Positions 13,559-27,020 of a DNA stretch of 64,000 bases are shown piece after piece (positions within the stretch are counted from its first letter, which is position 1; the number at the start of each line of letters is the position of its first letter). The translations under genes and the position numbers were made by a program. Origin of the DNA: Lama glama (taxonomy: Eukaryota); the NCBI GenBank assembly GCA_028534125.1, contig CM052816.1, positions 84,198,001 to 84,262,000 on the forward strand. Direction: 5' to 3'. Below the pieces are notes generated by a model that did no database searches, had not been told where the DNA came from, and saw nothing but the letters and a program-made list of their open reading frames with translations.

Positions 13559-15589
13559 AAAAGACATTAGCAATAATAGGTTTTTTACTTTTATGTTTTT
13601 TTATTGTGTGTTTGTAAAGAATGTTACTGCAAGGTCAGAATTACCAACAAGTAAAGCACTTCCTCCAAGATATAACTCTCATCTTTGAGGTAACCCACTC
13701 TCATCTGGGCTCACATGAATGACTTTGGTCTGCTGAAACCACTGATTTACTTCACTGAAGATGAACATTCTGCACATGGCAGCATTGCCAACATTCCACC
13801 TTCTTCCAAGGAATTTTGCAGATGTTTATAGAAAGATTTCCTCTCTATCTTTGCTTCTATATATAACTGTATACTTTAAGGACAGCCATGCTCAAGAGTA
13901 GTCTGATATTAAGACATCTGAAAAATGGGCATCTCATCTCTACTTAATGCAGTTTGTAGATATCTTGCTTCTTCAGCAGGAGTTACATACTAGACATATG
14001 TATGAAAAATGAACTTAGTTATGCAAAGAAATCCATCAAATGACTCCAGCTTTACAAAAGTAACCCAATAGGTATATCATGTACCAACCAGCCCATTCTA
14101 TGAACTTACAGTCCTATCTGAGAGAACACTGTTCAGTAGAGATATAGGAATTCATGATTCTTCTAATATACTATATACCTTCCTCCACAGTATGGAGCAA
14201 CTTTGGCTTAATTAAGCTTCCTTTCTGTCCCCATGTTTCAAATACATACACGTATGACTCCAGAGCATCTGTCCAAATATTTTCCCTTTTGCATTTCTTT
14301 TGAGACAACATGAATATTTTTAAATGTTTAGATATACTGACTTACAATTCTAAATAATTGTTTCCACTATTTTGTCACAGAAAACATGCTGCAGCTATAA
14401 AGAATCTAATTCATCATTTAGCAATTGCCATGTCCAAGAAAAAGATAGCATGAAAACACATACCCAATTTTATATACAAGAAATCAAATAGAATGCAAAA
14501 AAAAAGTAAAAAAAAGTGAAAGATATAAAATATTTTTACTCAAGAATGGTCTACTTATTTCAATAGACATTCACCTGTGAAGTTACTAAAATAATATTTT
14601 GGGGAGGTGGGGAGTGTGGGGTTACCCAGGAGACAAATAGGACAGGGTAGCTGGAGCCCATAGGGTGTGCTTTGTGGCTTCGGGTCTAGGGGTAGTAAGC
14701 CCAGGTCCTGATGGAGGGCAGGGAGAGGATGGGCTGCAATGTACTGAGTGTCAGGGACTGCTCAGAGGATGGTGGAATCTGGTCAGAGGCAGAGGTGGAC
14801 CTCTACCTGGACCACTCTATCCAGAGGAAGCCCTATCTGGTGGGGTCTGGGAAGTTCTATGGGGTGGCAGGAAAGTCCTAGGATGAGAAACACCTTGTTG
14901 CCCCAGGTCCCCGAGGCCCCTCCTCCCAGACTCGTCTATAAAGAGTCCGCTCACGCCACCTATCCAGTAAACTGGTCTTCCTTGATGCCTCCCTCTGCTC
15001 TGAGTCACAATTCAGGGAATCAGTTAATAATTACATAAACATCTCTAGGAAAACAAAATTACAGAACTCAAGGCAAAGACACTCAAATAAAAATAAATAA
15101 GTCAAAAAGTAGAGAAACCGTGATTTTAAAGGGCAGATAACAAATTGTGAAAAAAAATGAAACATTAATTATAAGATATATGGCTATAAAAAAGAAGGCA
15201 AATATTCTTCATTAAGATACAAACCAAAGAACTTATAAGAAATTATATCTGTATAGATATATACATTTATATACATATATGTATATTAACTATAAAGGCA
15301 TATAGGCATATATATGTGTATCTATACATAGAGAGAGACCAGTGTCACTGAATGTACCAAAACAGACACAAAAGGTGAAGTAGACAAGAGATGAGAGAAA
15401 CTATAAGTGAATTACTCTAAATTAAAGAATTCACGTGTGCTATCTCATTATACTGTATGTTAATCACTGAAACAATGAGAGAATACCAAAAAAAGCTGTA
15501 ATAGCAAAGTATGAGAGAAGAAAGTATAAAAAAAACCCCAAAATGATGAGTAAGATCAAGACTCTAATAACAATACACGCACATATATT

Positions 15590-16775
15590 TTTCACCTCTC
15601 CTAGAGCTATTACTTCATCCAAACTCCATCAACTCTCATCAACAATACTGCAAGGGTTTTCTTTTTCCTTGTCTGTACATGTCTCCCCGTAGCCTAGTCT
15701 TGATACAGCAGCCACTGTGATCCTCATAAAATATTCGATCATTTTATATTGGAGTTTTATATTAGTCATTACCATGACTGAAGAGACCTAGGTGATTTAT
15801 CCATTTGGAATCCCCTTTACTTGTCAAAACTCACCTACTGTGCCTTCCACTCTATCCCAGACACACTGATGTTCCAGCAGTTCCTTAGACATTGCCTACA
15901 ACAGCACCCACGTACGTACGCACTGTCTTCTATTATCATAACAGATAGCTACAAATAAGGAACAACTTCTTCCTTTTCTTTTTATCTAATAGTATAACCC
16001 TTACATTGGATTTGATAAAAATAATAAAAAGCAAAGAAAGCTACATGCCAATCTTATTTGTAAGCGTGGACACACAACGTTGGTAAGGTTTCTGTGTTCT
16101 GTGCCCCTCCTGGCCTTTGCTGAGGTGTTTCTCACAGGGTGTCTCACTGGTGCCTCCCGCAGAGTGACAAGACCCTCCTCATTCTCACTGATGATATTCT
16201 GGTGCACATGTCTGGTTCTCCAAGCCTCTTCATTGCCCCTGGATCATTCCTTCCCTCCCCTGACTATCAGTTCTCTACAGATCAGGATAAATTATTATGC
16301 TAAAACTTGAGTCCATTTATGCCATTTTACTGCTCTGAATTGTTTAACTTAATCTTAATTCACTTAGAATAAAATTAAAAATCCTAGTGATGTCCTGAAA
16401 GGCCCTTCAGGATTTGCCTTCTACTACATTTCTAAGCTCACATACCAGCCAGTGCTTTCAGTTCATCCTCTCCCCTCCAGCCACCCTTCACCTGGCACTC
16501 TGCCACCTCGTGGTCACCTCATACCACTTTCCAAAAAGCTTTTGTCTCCTAATACTCAGGTGCTATATCCTTTCCCCTAACTATACCTTACTTTCTTTAT
16601 ATCTCTATTCAAATGTGAATTTAAAGTGAGTTAGCTTCAGAACTCCCTATCTCCTCTCCTTGCACTTGACATCTCATATATATGTTGGCTGTACATTATG
16701 TCCGCAGTTAGCTCCAGCACCTAGGTGTCCGGTACATAAGTGGAGCTCAATAAATATTTACTAAATGAATGAGTG
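15590..16775 (+). mobile_element. L2 fragments including the L2 3' terminus
   Basis: Terminal 'ccagcacctag...ggagctcaataaatatttactaaatgaatgagtga' is a typical L2 end; upstream CT-rich L2 body pieces are interrupted. Confidence 0.7.
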
Positions 16776-17489
16776 ATCATATGTCCCTTTATGAGTGATT
16801 TTAGATGCTTGGATTACCTTTGCCCTTATTAATCTTTTCACTAATAATGTCATCCTTACTTTAACATGGTCCTAATTGTATCCTCTCTGGTCTTCACACT
16901 GTTTTCCTTGATTATAGAGACCTACGTTTCACAGGTGGGCACAAGTCAGATTACTGACCATCTGAGTACTGAGGGTAACAGGAAAAGGGAAGAGTCTTGG
17001 ATGAATCACTACTTCTTAGAGTAAGCACGTAAATTTTTCCAGCGTCTGAAGGATCCCTTGAACCAGTTAAAACCCTTCTTTAATACATTATGTTTTCCAC
17101 AGGTATAAGATGAATACTCAAAAATAAATAAAAATACTCCATGAAGTGCAAAGTATGATATGGATTTAATTTAGATTTTTTTAGATTCTTTGATTGCTGC
17201 TCTCCAAATACAACTGAGATATCCAAGAGATGCCTTTAACTAACAAAGTGAAATTTTATATGAAAAGTGATGTGAACCATTAGTTGCTGTTAGTTCCTTT
17301 TTTGATTTAGAAAATTACACTATGAATTAACATGTCTTAGTCTAGTTTTCCCAGATAAAGAAGGTACACTATTCTTTCACTATTCATTCACTGATGCCTT
17401 CATTAAATGAAGAAACCATTACCAAGTGGTAGAGGTTGACAAGGTTGAAGCTTGCCATGGGAATTTAGTAATAAAGTTATACATAACCA

Positions 17490-17730
17490 TTTAATCTAAC
17501 TAAATATCAGACACTTTATGGAAAACTCGGGAAATAAACAAAAAGAGGTAGGATATTAACAAATTTAACTGTCACCACAATCCAATAATTTAGGGCTACC
17601 AATACCCTCTTTTACAGATAGGAAACAGAAGAAGAAAGGTAGAAGCTAATTTATTCAAGGCCAGGCAGCTAACATTTTGAAAGCTCAGCTCAAGGCTGTT
17701 GGCTCCAGAGTCATTGTTCTAAATGACCAA
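17490..17730 (-). mobile_element. MIR remnant
   Basis: 'ccctcttttacagataggaaacaga...attcaaggccaggcagcta' MIR core. Confidence 0.65.
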
Positions 17731-19569
17731 AGTCAATTTTCTTAAATATGAGCAAATATAAATCCTACTATCAAAGACTTCATAGTATAACAGGAAAGAC
17801 GAGCATAGAGAATATTTCATACTGTGGTATAAGTTGGCATAAGTGCTGTAATATCAGTTTGGATGGAATTTTACAGAAACTCAGAATAAGAAGTAATTTT
17901 CTTCTTCTTATGTGTGATAGGTACCATGGGAAGCAAACAAGTGACGGTGACCTAACCGAATTTGAGGGACAATTTAACAAGGAGGTCCAGCTCATTCTAG
18001 GAAATAATGAAAAAAAAATTATGATGAATCATTTGATGAGTTTGTGAGGTCACTTCCAATTCTTTGTGAGTTGCATCTGTCTACCCTTGTCTAGGTGTAT
18101 AACAATCTGATTACTCTGAGGTGTAAGTGTCAGTTCTTAGAACACATCACTATAAACACTTGAAGACTAGAAGGGAGAATATTAACATTCACTAGATGAA
18201 TTTGTTATTCATTGTTAACATGTCTCATTTCCCCCCTTCCAAATACAAATGGTACCTTTCAATTCCACATATAGTAAAAGATAATTGGGTACTTGGAAAT
18301 AATATAACCAAAGATGAGAGCCATGAACATTCCATTGTCAGTCTGTTGCATTAATAAAAGTGCAATCATCTTGCTTTACTTTAAATATGCTGTGTGAAAG
18401 AAATCCAGCGTTCCTCGTATGCACCATTGTTATTTTCATTGCAGGTTATTCTCTAGTGCAAAAATCACAGATGTTGATCCAAATGAAAGTAATAGTTCAC
18501 ACTCTTGAAACTAGTGCTTTACAGATTACTTGGATAATGTGATAACTGTGAACATGGCCATATGCTTTATGTCCAGCTATTAGTAATATTACTACATTTA
18601 TTTGATTTAAAACTTCCCATTACATAATTAGCCACTCAAAAAGCTTTTGTTAAATGTTTTTACATTGGATATGATTGTACCTTATGTTTTCAACCTTGGA
18701 TATTACCCTACATAGTTTCAATTAATCTTCAGGACAGCTGAAATTACTGAATTTTTTTTTTGTATACATCCATTCCTGCTAGCCAGACTGTTAAAATATA
18801 TGCAATTTCATAGAGATGAAAAGTAATAAAACGTCTCAACTTTTAATTTTTGATATTGATGAAAATTAAGAGAAATAGATGTCATAATTTAACTTCCCCC
18901 TCTTTTGCCTAATTCTAGACAGATAACTGCATTAGACATTTCAAATACCAATTCTATGATTTTGTATTGAGTTCTCACTTTATGTCAGTGACTATCTGGT
19001 ACTGGAAATGCAGGTGGAAACAAAAAAGCATGGAAATAATCTCTGTTTACATAGAGCTTCAAAACAAACAAATATACATACAAAGAAAATAATACCACGT
19101 AGTTATGCGTTCTGTGTAGACAATACAACAGTGATGATAAAAGTGAAAGCTGCGTTGACTGGGAGCAGTTCAGGTCTTTGGGCATATGTGGCCTCTCTGA
19201 GAAGATGACATGTGAACTGAAGTTTCCTGTCTGTAAATTCTAAGGTGCCTTTATATACCATCATATTATTTTTCCAGTTAGAATGCATTCTAATCTTGTA
19301 CCATGACCAATGAGAGCCAATAAGATTGAACCAAGTCAATTTAAGTCAATTTCTGTGAATTCTTACAATTCCATTCTGTTCTTACTACCCTTGGCCAGCT
19401 TGGCTTCTGTGATATTCTGAAGGTCGAGCCATTATATGTGGATTAATATGGAAGTAGAGCAATTGCATATGATTGCACATGAAAGACAAAAGGAAAGAGA
19501 AGAAATGGGTTTGGATTTGATGGGCTTGAGTAACTGGGAGGATTTAAGAGCCATTATGAAGGAACTATG

Positions 19570-19735
19570 CTTCCTTCCTTCCTTCCTTCCTTCCTTGCTT
19601 TTTCCTTTCCTCTCTTTCCCTTCCCCTTCCCCCGTTTACAAACCTCTATTTTATCCTTCCTCCCCTCCCCTGCTTCCTTCTCTTTCTTCTTTTCCTCCTC
19701 CCTTTCTTTCACCTTCTTTTCTTTCTCTCTCTCTT
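19570..19735. repeat. CT-rich low-complexity tract, (CTTC)n-derived
   Basis: Polypyrimidine run seen directly. Confidence 0.9.
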
Positions 19736-19929
19736 TTAAAAGGAGAGACTGCAACATATTAATTTTTAAATAATTTAAAATACTCTAGTGGCTCTTAATC
19801 CCATTTATCCCCACTTCTGTTTTACCTAACTCAGTATACTCTAATATTCACTTTGAATCAATTTGGCTTTTCTAACATTTATATCCTTGTGTCTCAATAA
19901 TGCACTTACACTCTTAACGTAGATGCATT

Positions 19930-20600
19930 AAAATTAAGACACTAAATAGAGAAACTTCACAGTAAAGAAGATATTTGTGACTCACACAACAACTATAAAA
20001 AATTAAAATTAAAGTTAATTTCATGCAAGATTGACAGGAGAAATGAACAGCCATTCACCAAAGAGGCTATCCATGTAGCCAAATAATCACAGGAAAAGAT
20101 GTTCCATTTCATTAATAATCAGATAAATGCAAATTAAAACTACAAGAAGAACCTAATATAAACTCACAGAATGTCTAAAATTAGAAGATTGAAAATTATG
20201 AATGTGGACGGGAGTTGGAGTAAGGAAACACTCAGCACAATCTCAGTGTGCTGATAAGGTTTTCACATCGGTGTGTTTGCTTTAGGAAAGCTGTTTATCT
20301 TATCTAGTAGAGCTGAAAATTAATGCGTTCCTTGACTCAGCAATTCCACTTCTGGGGATGACTCAACTTAAATGGATGCACAAGTAAACCAGGCGACGTA
20401 AGAAGAACATTCATAGTAATATTTTTCATAGTAACCTGAAACAGGAAACAACCTATGTTTATCTACTGTTTAATAAACTATGCTTTATTAATACAATGGT
20501 GTATATATACAAATATAGATAAACAAACTGTAGGTGCACACAACATGGATGAAACTCACAAACACCGTATTAAAAAAATGAATCCAATAACAAAAACACA
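19930..20600 (+). mobile_element. L1ME-like fragment
   Basis: 'cattaataatcagataaatgcaaattaaaactaca', 'cagcaattccacttctgg' and 'caacatggatgaaactca' L1 3' motifs. Confidence 0.8.
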
Positions 20601-20885
20601 CATTGTGAACTACAAGGGCCTGCCATTTTCTTCTATTTGAAAAAGAATTTGGCTTGATTCTGCATTTTAATTGAGGTTGATCACCTAACCATAACCATAG
20701 TTGCACCAAATTAATATATGACTTGAACAGCCTTTTGAACTGAGGGTTAATTGTTTCATTGACCCATAAAATAAGATGTGCACTGAAAACCTCAGTTCCA
20801 AAAAGGCTATATTAAATAGGTGACCAGAATGAAAAGGTTCAAATGGTATGAGTAGAGTCAGATTTCTATTATACCTGTTCCTACA

Positions 20886-21242
20886 TGTATTTGTTTGGCA
20901 AGACTTTCATAACTAAGCACCACAGACTGGGTGGCTTACGTAACAGAAATCGATTTTCTCACAGTGCTAGAAGCCAGACGCCCAAGATCAATGTACTAGC
21001 AGACTGGCTGGCTTCTGAGACTCCATTCCTCCAGTGACCATCTTTTCACTGTGTCTTCATATGATCTCTTCCTGTGTGTGCACATCTCTGGTGTTCTTTG
21101 TGTTTAGGGTCTACCCTCAAGCCTCATCTAAACTTATTCACCTTTTGAAAAATCCTGTTTCAAAAATATAGTCACATTCTGAGGTACTAAGGGTTTGGGC
21201 TTCAATATATAAATTTTAGGGGGCACAATTGAGCCCATAACA
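20886..21242 (-). mobile_element. MLT1A-like MaLR solo LTR
   Basis: TG...CA ends; 'cacagactgggtggctta' and 'cacattctgaggtact'; near-TSD CTACA/CTACT. Confidence 0.85.
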
Positions 21243-21534
21243 CTACTGTTTTTTAATCACATCTTAAACTCATTCTATGGTCCCATGGAATGGTATCTAT
21301 GACTACTGAAAGGGAGGAGAAATAAACGCAGCCTGACTTTCTGATCAGTCATCACAGGATGCTGCTTATGAACACGCAGTTTTCCACAAGCAAAGGGCAT
21401 TATTTTGTCTTGTGGTATATAGACCTAGAAAAACAAAATTGGAAAAAAAGTGTGAAGATGTTGTTTCCTTCTCTAATGCTCACTAGAATGTATGTTTATG
21501 TGGAAGAAGACTTAAATAATAATACAAACATTAA

Positions 21535-22895
21535 GGCCCATTTTGTCAATGTCAGTCAGCCCCTTTCCTCTGCTCAATGGGCCTGTGTACCGAGTAGCCG
21601 TGATGACAAGGATCAAAGTCAATGCTGGTCTCAGGAGTATGGACTTCTGCTCACCAACACCCATCCATAATCACATTGCTGAGTTCCCACCACTGCAGAG
21701 GCTAACACACAAGTCCACATGAGGCACCACTCCATGGACATTCCTGAGTGAATAGCAATCAGACAACTCTGGTGGCAGAAGAATGCCACTGGACATCTTT
21801 TATTGTGATAAGATTGGTACTTTCCCAACATTGGGATAGACACATATTCAGGGATCAAATCTGCATTCTTTGGCTGCAGAGTTTCTGCCAGCACTAACAT
21901 TCAAGGATATGTAGAATAATTCATCATCCTACATCAATCCCACACAAGATCTTGTCCATCTAGACAATCCTTTTTACCCTATGATTATGAATTCATGTCT
22001 AAAGAAAGCATTGATTCTGGAATCGGCTCATTTGATAGGATGGTTAAGTAGCTTGCTGAAAATCCAACTACCACACCAACTGGGAAATAGGACCCTTACA
22101 ACCTGAAGCCTTATCTCAAAGGATAGTTTAAGACATGCCTTAAACCAGAAGCCAGAGTAGGTGCCATCTCTGCCATGAGAAAGAAACAAAGGATGCACCC
22201 AGCAGTGTTCCCCTCACCATTATCAAAACAACCCCTTGGAGATTTTTTTTCTTCCTGCACCATGTCTCTGGGCACAGTTAGTCTGGAGGCACTCGTAGCC
22301 TAAAGGAATGCTTCCAACAGGGAACACGGTAGATGTGGGCTATATGTCCTGGACTATTGGTTTCCTACTGAATAAGCAGCTATGGGTGACACTGGCCAGG
22401 GAATCCTAATTACCAGAAGTAAAGTGGATTGCTGATAGACATTGCAGGAATGGAGGAGTGTATCTGAAAAAGGATTTGCTGGAGCGTCTTTTAGTACTTT
22501 CTTGCTCAGTGATCTTGGTCAGTGGACAACTAAGGCGACTCAACTCCTTTAAGATTAAAGAGCCCTCCCTATTAGGTAAGGTGATGGTAGAGGATAAAGG
22601 GAATATGGAGAGGCTGATAGAAAGAAACAACAATTACCAACTTAGACTCAAGAGCAGTTGCAGAAATGAGACAGAAGTGTCTGCGATGTTCATTGTAATG
22701 CCTTGTTATCTCGCTGCAGTTTTCTGAAGAGCATGGTAGTAGCCAACATTATAAGTTTCAGGCAGACATGGTACTGAACTGCCATTACATCAGGATGATT
22801 TGGTAGCAGACTGGCTTTTTTGTGTTCTCTATTATACAACTTTTCAGTGGAAAAGAAGGCTAAGTAATGGATGTTGTGGTGCAAAAGGGGTGTAA
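21535..22895 (+). mobile_element. ERV-L internal remnant (degenerate pol/integrase to polypurine tract)
   Basis: Translation AQWACVPSSRDDKDQSQCWSQEYGLLLT resembles the ERV-L integrase N-terminus (AQWAHEQSGHGGRDGGYAWAQQHGLPLT, recalled); purine tract AAAAGGGG at 22883-22890 just before the LTR; frame is disrupted. Confidence 0.8.
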
Positions 22896-23305
22896 TGTGC
22901 AGGATGTTTTCCATTTACCCAACTTCCTTTTTTTTTTTCTTGAACACTGACAAATTTTGACTAAATCAAAAGGCTTCCTCTTTCTTTGTTGTCTGATGGC
23001 TGATGACCCAGGAGAGGTACCAGCAGGACAAGGAAGAGAAGAAGGTGATTGATGCTGAGATATTTATTGCCACAACTCCCTTGTGAGAGTTTATTGCATT
23101 CTGGTGGTATCCTCTTATCAAAGGTTACTGCTTATGTAATCCTTCTTGTGCATACTCTCTCTGGGTTCTGGTAACACTCCTCCCCTCCTTCCCCTTGCTT
23201 CTTCAAATCTCCAGTGGTTAAACTTCCCCACTGTTAATATTTCCAGGAAACTACCCTGTTCATACCATTATAAGAAGCCATTCGTTAAACTCTTCTAAAA
23301 TCAAT
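22896..23305 (+). mobile_element. LTR33-like 3' LTR of the ERV-L remnant
   Basis: Starts 'tgtgcaggatgttttcc' after the polypurine tract; 'ccagcagga...gagatatttattgcc' LTR33-like motifs. Confidence 0.65.
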
Positions 23306-24999
23306 TTATTCTATTGGTTAAATTCTTCTAAAATCAATAATAAATCAAGATATTAATAATAAAATATATTAATAAATATTTTTAAAAAATAATTCATTTC
23401 ATATTAATTCACCCATATGAAGTCAACTAACATCTCAAATAATTTCAAACAAATCTTGGCATTTTCTTCCATTGGCATAAGTTACTTTTATTTGGCACTT
23501 AAAACTATTCTTGATAGGCAGAACTGGCTTCCAAAAGACTACTAATGTGCAAGAGAATCAGGCAAAGAAAAATGTGCCATTTGGGGGGAAGAAATTTAGC
23601 AACTAATGGCACTTTGCCAAGCAAGAAGCAGATGTTTAACTGTAACTGTCAACAAAACATGAATAGAAAAAGAAATAGCATCACATTATGAAAGTTTTAG
23701 TTTAGAAAGTACAAGATCTGAAACCTAACATAAACACCAAGATTGGATAGAAAAGGTGTAGTGTAATCAGTCACTTTTTGTGTGATGTTTTTAAAGACTA
23801 GATGGTTCCTTTTTAAATTCAAAAGCTACTATGGTAACAGCAAATTCAAAGTCAATGAATTTGATGGTTCATAAGATTTCTGGACAGTTTTGAATAAAAC
23901 TTCTGGCAAGTTGTGAGAACAAAGTTCACTGATGTGGCTAGACTATACTAACACTTGGAACAAATGTGGACTTTTAATGGATACAGAATCCAAAAAGCAG
24001 TGCACTAGTTTGTGAGGTCAACAAAAATCACTGATCTAGAAATTCTTGCTTATGAAAACAGTCTTTTGCCAGAGAATTCATATCTTTCACCAGTAAGTTT
24101 ATTCAATAAAACGAAAAAAAAAAAGTCTTTCCTTACATGTAAAGCATCAGCTCAGAGATCCTTCAGTGCTCAATTTATAGACATTTCATGGGCAAATGTA
24201 TAAACCTCTTTTCCCCTTGGCCACATAGCATGCTTCCATTATGCTTTCACGGATATTGAATAGTAACTACAAAATGGTTATTCCTTGAAAGGCTAAGTAT
24301 TAAATTTAGTAACATAACCATGCCACATTTACAACAGCAATCTTATACAAATAGCTTAATTATTTACTATACTGATAATGTAATAACTCTTGATTTGTTG
24401 GGAAATTTTCTTCACTTTCTGGAGTATTTCCAAAAAGAAATAATATTAAAGTGAGTTAAGGTATGGAAATTTGTATCCAAAGGCTAAACCAGCATCTTAT
24501 GTGATAACTTCTGAGAACGAAAAATCGAACAATCAGTATACTTTAATGAGTATTACGCATTACAAACTCACAGGTATGATTGCACCTGTTGTTTCCAGTA
24601 ATAACCAGGGTTGTGCTCACAGTCTACTCCCTAACAGATGGTGGAACGAATAATGCTACTCTCCTATGGCCACGCACTAGATTTTTTAAAGTGTAAGAGT
24701 GAATTTTTTAAAAGAAATACAAACTGGCAAGCTTCCCTTCATGCATAAACATTTGTTTGAGTTCAAGTTATCCAGTAAAAATGGTAGTGCAATGTTTTTT
24801 TATAAAACATTGTTAGCAGTTTTAATGTTTAGGTAGGTATGTACTTAAAGTCTCAGTCATTATGTTTAAAATGCAGTCAAGTGTAAGAAGTAGAAAAAAG
24901 AAGAAGGGAAAAAAAGGCCTTGTATTATTTCAATCAACATATCAAGTTTTCTACCTGGACTGTTTATATAGGCATAGAATATTTTAAAAAGACAATGAA

Positions 25000-26065
25000 G
25001 ACAATCCAATCCATCACCTTTATTCTACAAATGTGAAAACCGAGGCTCAGAGTCTAAGTGATAGGTGACAGGAAACACTGCTAATTAACAACAGAACAAC
25101 ATTAAAATGTAATGTCGTGTTTTCCTTAATGGCTTCATCCATTTACAGTCCCACCAAAAATGTGTAAGTGTTCCCTTTCCTCCACATTCTCATTCACACT
25201 TATTTTTTGTCTTTTTGGTACTAGCCATTATAAAAGATGTGAAGCAATAACTCATTGTGGTTTAGATTTGCATTTCCCTGATGATTAGTGAAAAATTAAA
25301 AACAGAATGACTATATGATCCAGCAATCCCACTTCTGGATATATACACCCAAAGGAATTGATATCAGGAACATGAAGAGGTATCTGAGTTCTCGTGTTTA
25401 TTGCAACATTGTTCACAATAGCCAAGATATGGAAACAACTTAAACATCTATCATCAGATGAACGGATAAAGCAAATGTGGTGAATAGATGGAGTGGAATA
25501 TTACTCAGCCTTCACGAGGAAGGGAAGTCCTGGCATTTGTGCATTTGCAACAACACAAATGAACCTGGAGGACCTTAGGCTAAATCAAGTAAGCCAGACA
25601 GAAAAAGACAAATACTGCATGCTCTCCCTTATATGTGGAATTTAAAAGAGTCGAACTCATAGGTTCGGAGAGTAGAAGGATGGTTTACGAGGGCTACGGA
25701 GGATATAAGGTTTTAGTTCTACAAGATGAGTAAGTTCTGAAAATCTGATGTAGCATGGTGATTACGGTTAACAACACTGCATTGAACACTTGAAATTTTC
25801 TAAGGTGTATCTTAAGTGTTCCCACCACATGTGAAAAGAAGAAAAAATGGTAACTATTTGAGGTGACGGATATGTTAATGAGCTTGATTGTGATCATCTC
25901 ACAAGGTAAACATAGATCAAAATATCAGGTTGTGTACCTTAAGTACATACAAGTTTTATTTGACAATTATACCTCAGTAAATCTTTAGAAAAGTCCATGT
26001 CCTGAGTTATAGTTAAGGATCTCTTCTACACTATTCCACTGCCCATAATTTAGGTTACATTTTCC
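25000..26065 (-). mobile_element. MIR split by an L1 insertion (halves about 25000-25110 and 25990-26065)
   Basis: 'ttctacaaatgtgaaaaccgaggctcagag' on the left; 'ctcttctacactattccactgcc' on the right. Confidence 0.55.
25113..25990 (+). mobile_element. L1MA9-like 3' end with 5' inversion (twin priming)
   Basis: About 25113-25291 is antisense L1 (...gcatttccctgatgattagtga), joined to the sense continuation 'aaaattaaaaacagaatgactatatgatccagcaatccc' that runs to the L1 3' end. Confidence 0.88.
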
Positions 26066-26983
26066 AAAACTGAAATATCTTCAAAAGGCACATGGATGCC
26101 ACAGAACATCTTCTGCTTTAGGACCTGAATACCACCCTCAACCCCAACTTCCAATTTACGTGAATTTACACAAACACAAAAGGTTATTTTCCAAAATGTG
26201 AGTTAGGAGAAAGATCCATTAGTTGCATCCTTACTCTGAGAAACAGTTACAAAGCAGAGCAGCCATAGGGTGCATATTACTGAATCCATGGAAAATGGTA
26301 ATATATGTGTCACTCATTATAAACAAAGCTTGGTCCTGATTATTAAGTTATAAATACGCTATTGACAAAAATATAATCATCTTCAACTGAGCTAGTTGAC
26401 ATTATGCAGTTCTATGAACAGAAACAAATCGATAAGCCTAGGAGTGTGATGAAAATCACTGGGCGAGTGAGGAGCATTTGTCTCTGCAGTGCATGTAGCT
26501 GAGCGATTTGCTGATTACAAGGTACCTACCATCTTGACTCCCTTCCCATATACAACAGCCCGTTTCCCATTTTATTGCAGTGGGTGCAGTCATAAAAATC
26601 ATGCCTGTTCTACTACTAAAAACGTATCAGTTCATGTTTGTCGCAAGGCTTCCCACAGTCAGCCCTCATAGAAATCCAGGGTAGAGACATCACCGTGTCA
26701 CCCCTATGTCAGTTCTTCTTCTTGTCATCAGAGCCCTTCAATGTCCTTTGTTAAGATCCAACCACATTTACTTTTGGTGTATTCAAAGGTGTTTGAGAAG
26801 GTTCTGGCATACAGTTTAGCAGATACTTCTGATATCGAGTGTGCACTGAGATTAAATGGGTCAATTGCTCTCTCTCTGGATAACAGTTTTGTGTAAGTCT
26901 CATTCCTGATGTTTTTCAAGTCCTTATTTGGATTCTGTCTCTTTTCTGGTCATTTTCTGGAATTTTTTTATAGATATAATATC

Positions 26984-27009
26984 ATATATATATATATATA
27001 TATATATAT
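26984..27009. repeat. (AT)13 microsatellite
   Basis: Perfect repeat. Confidence 0.95.
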
Positions 27010-27020
27010 CATATTCTGAA

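Noticed and set aside
19436..19773. Three overlapping ORFs rich in F/S/P/L or K/E/R
   Set aside because: Artefacts of the CT-rich low-complexity tract.
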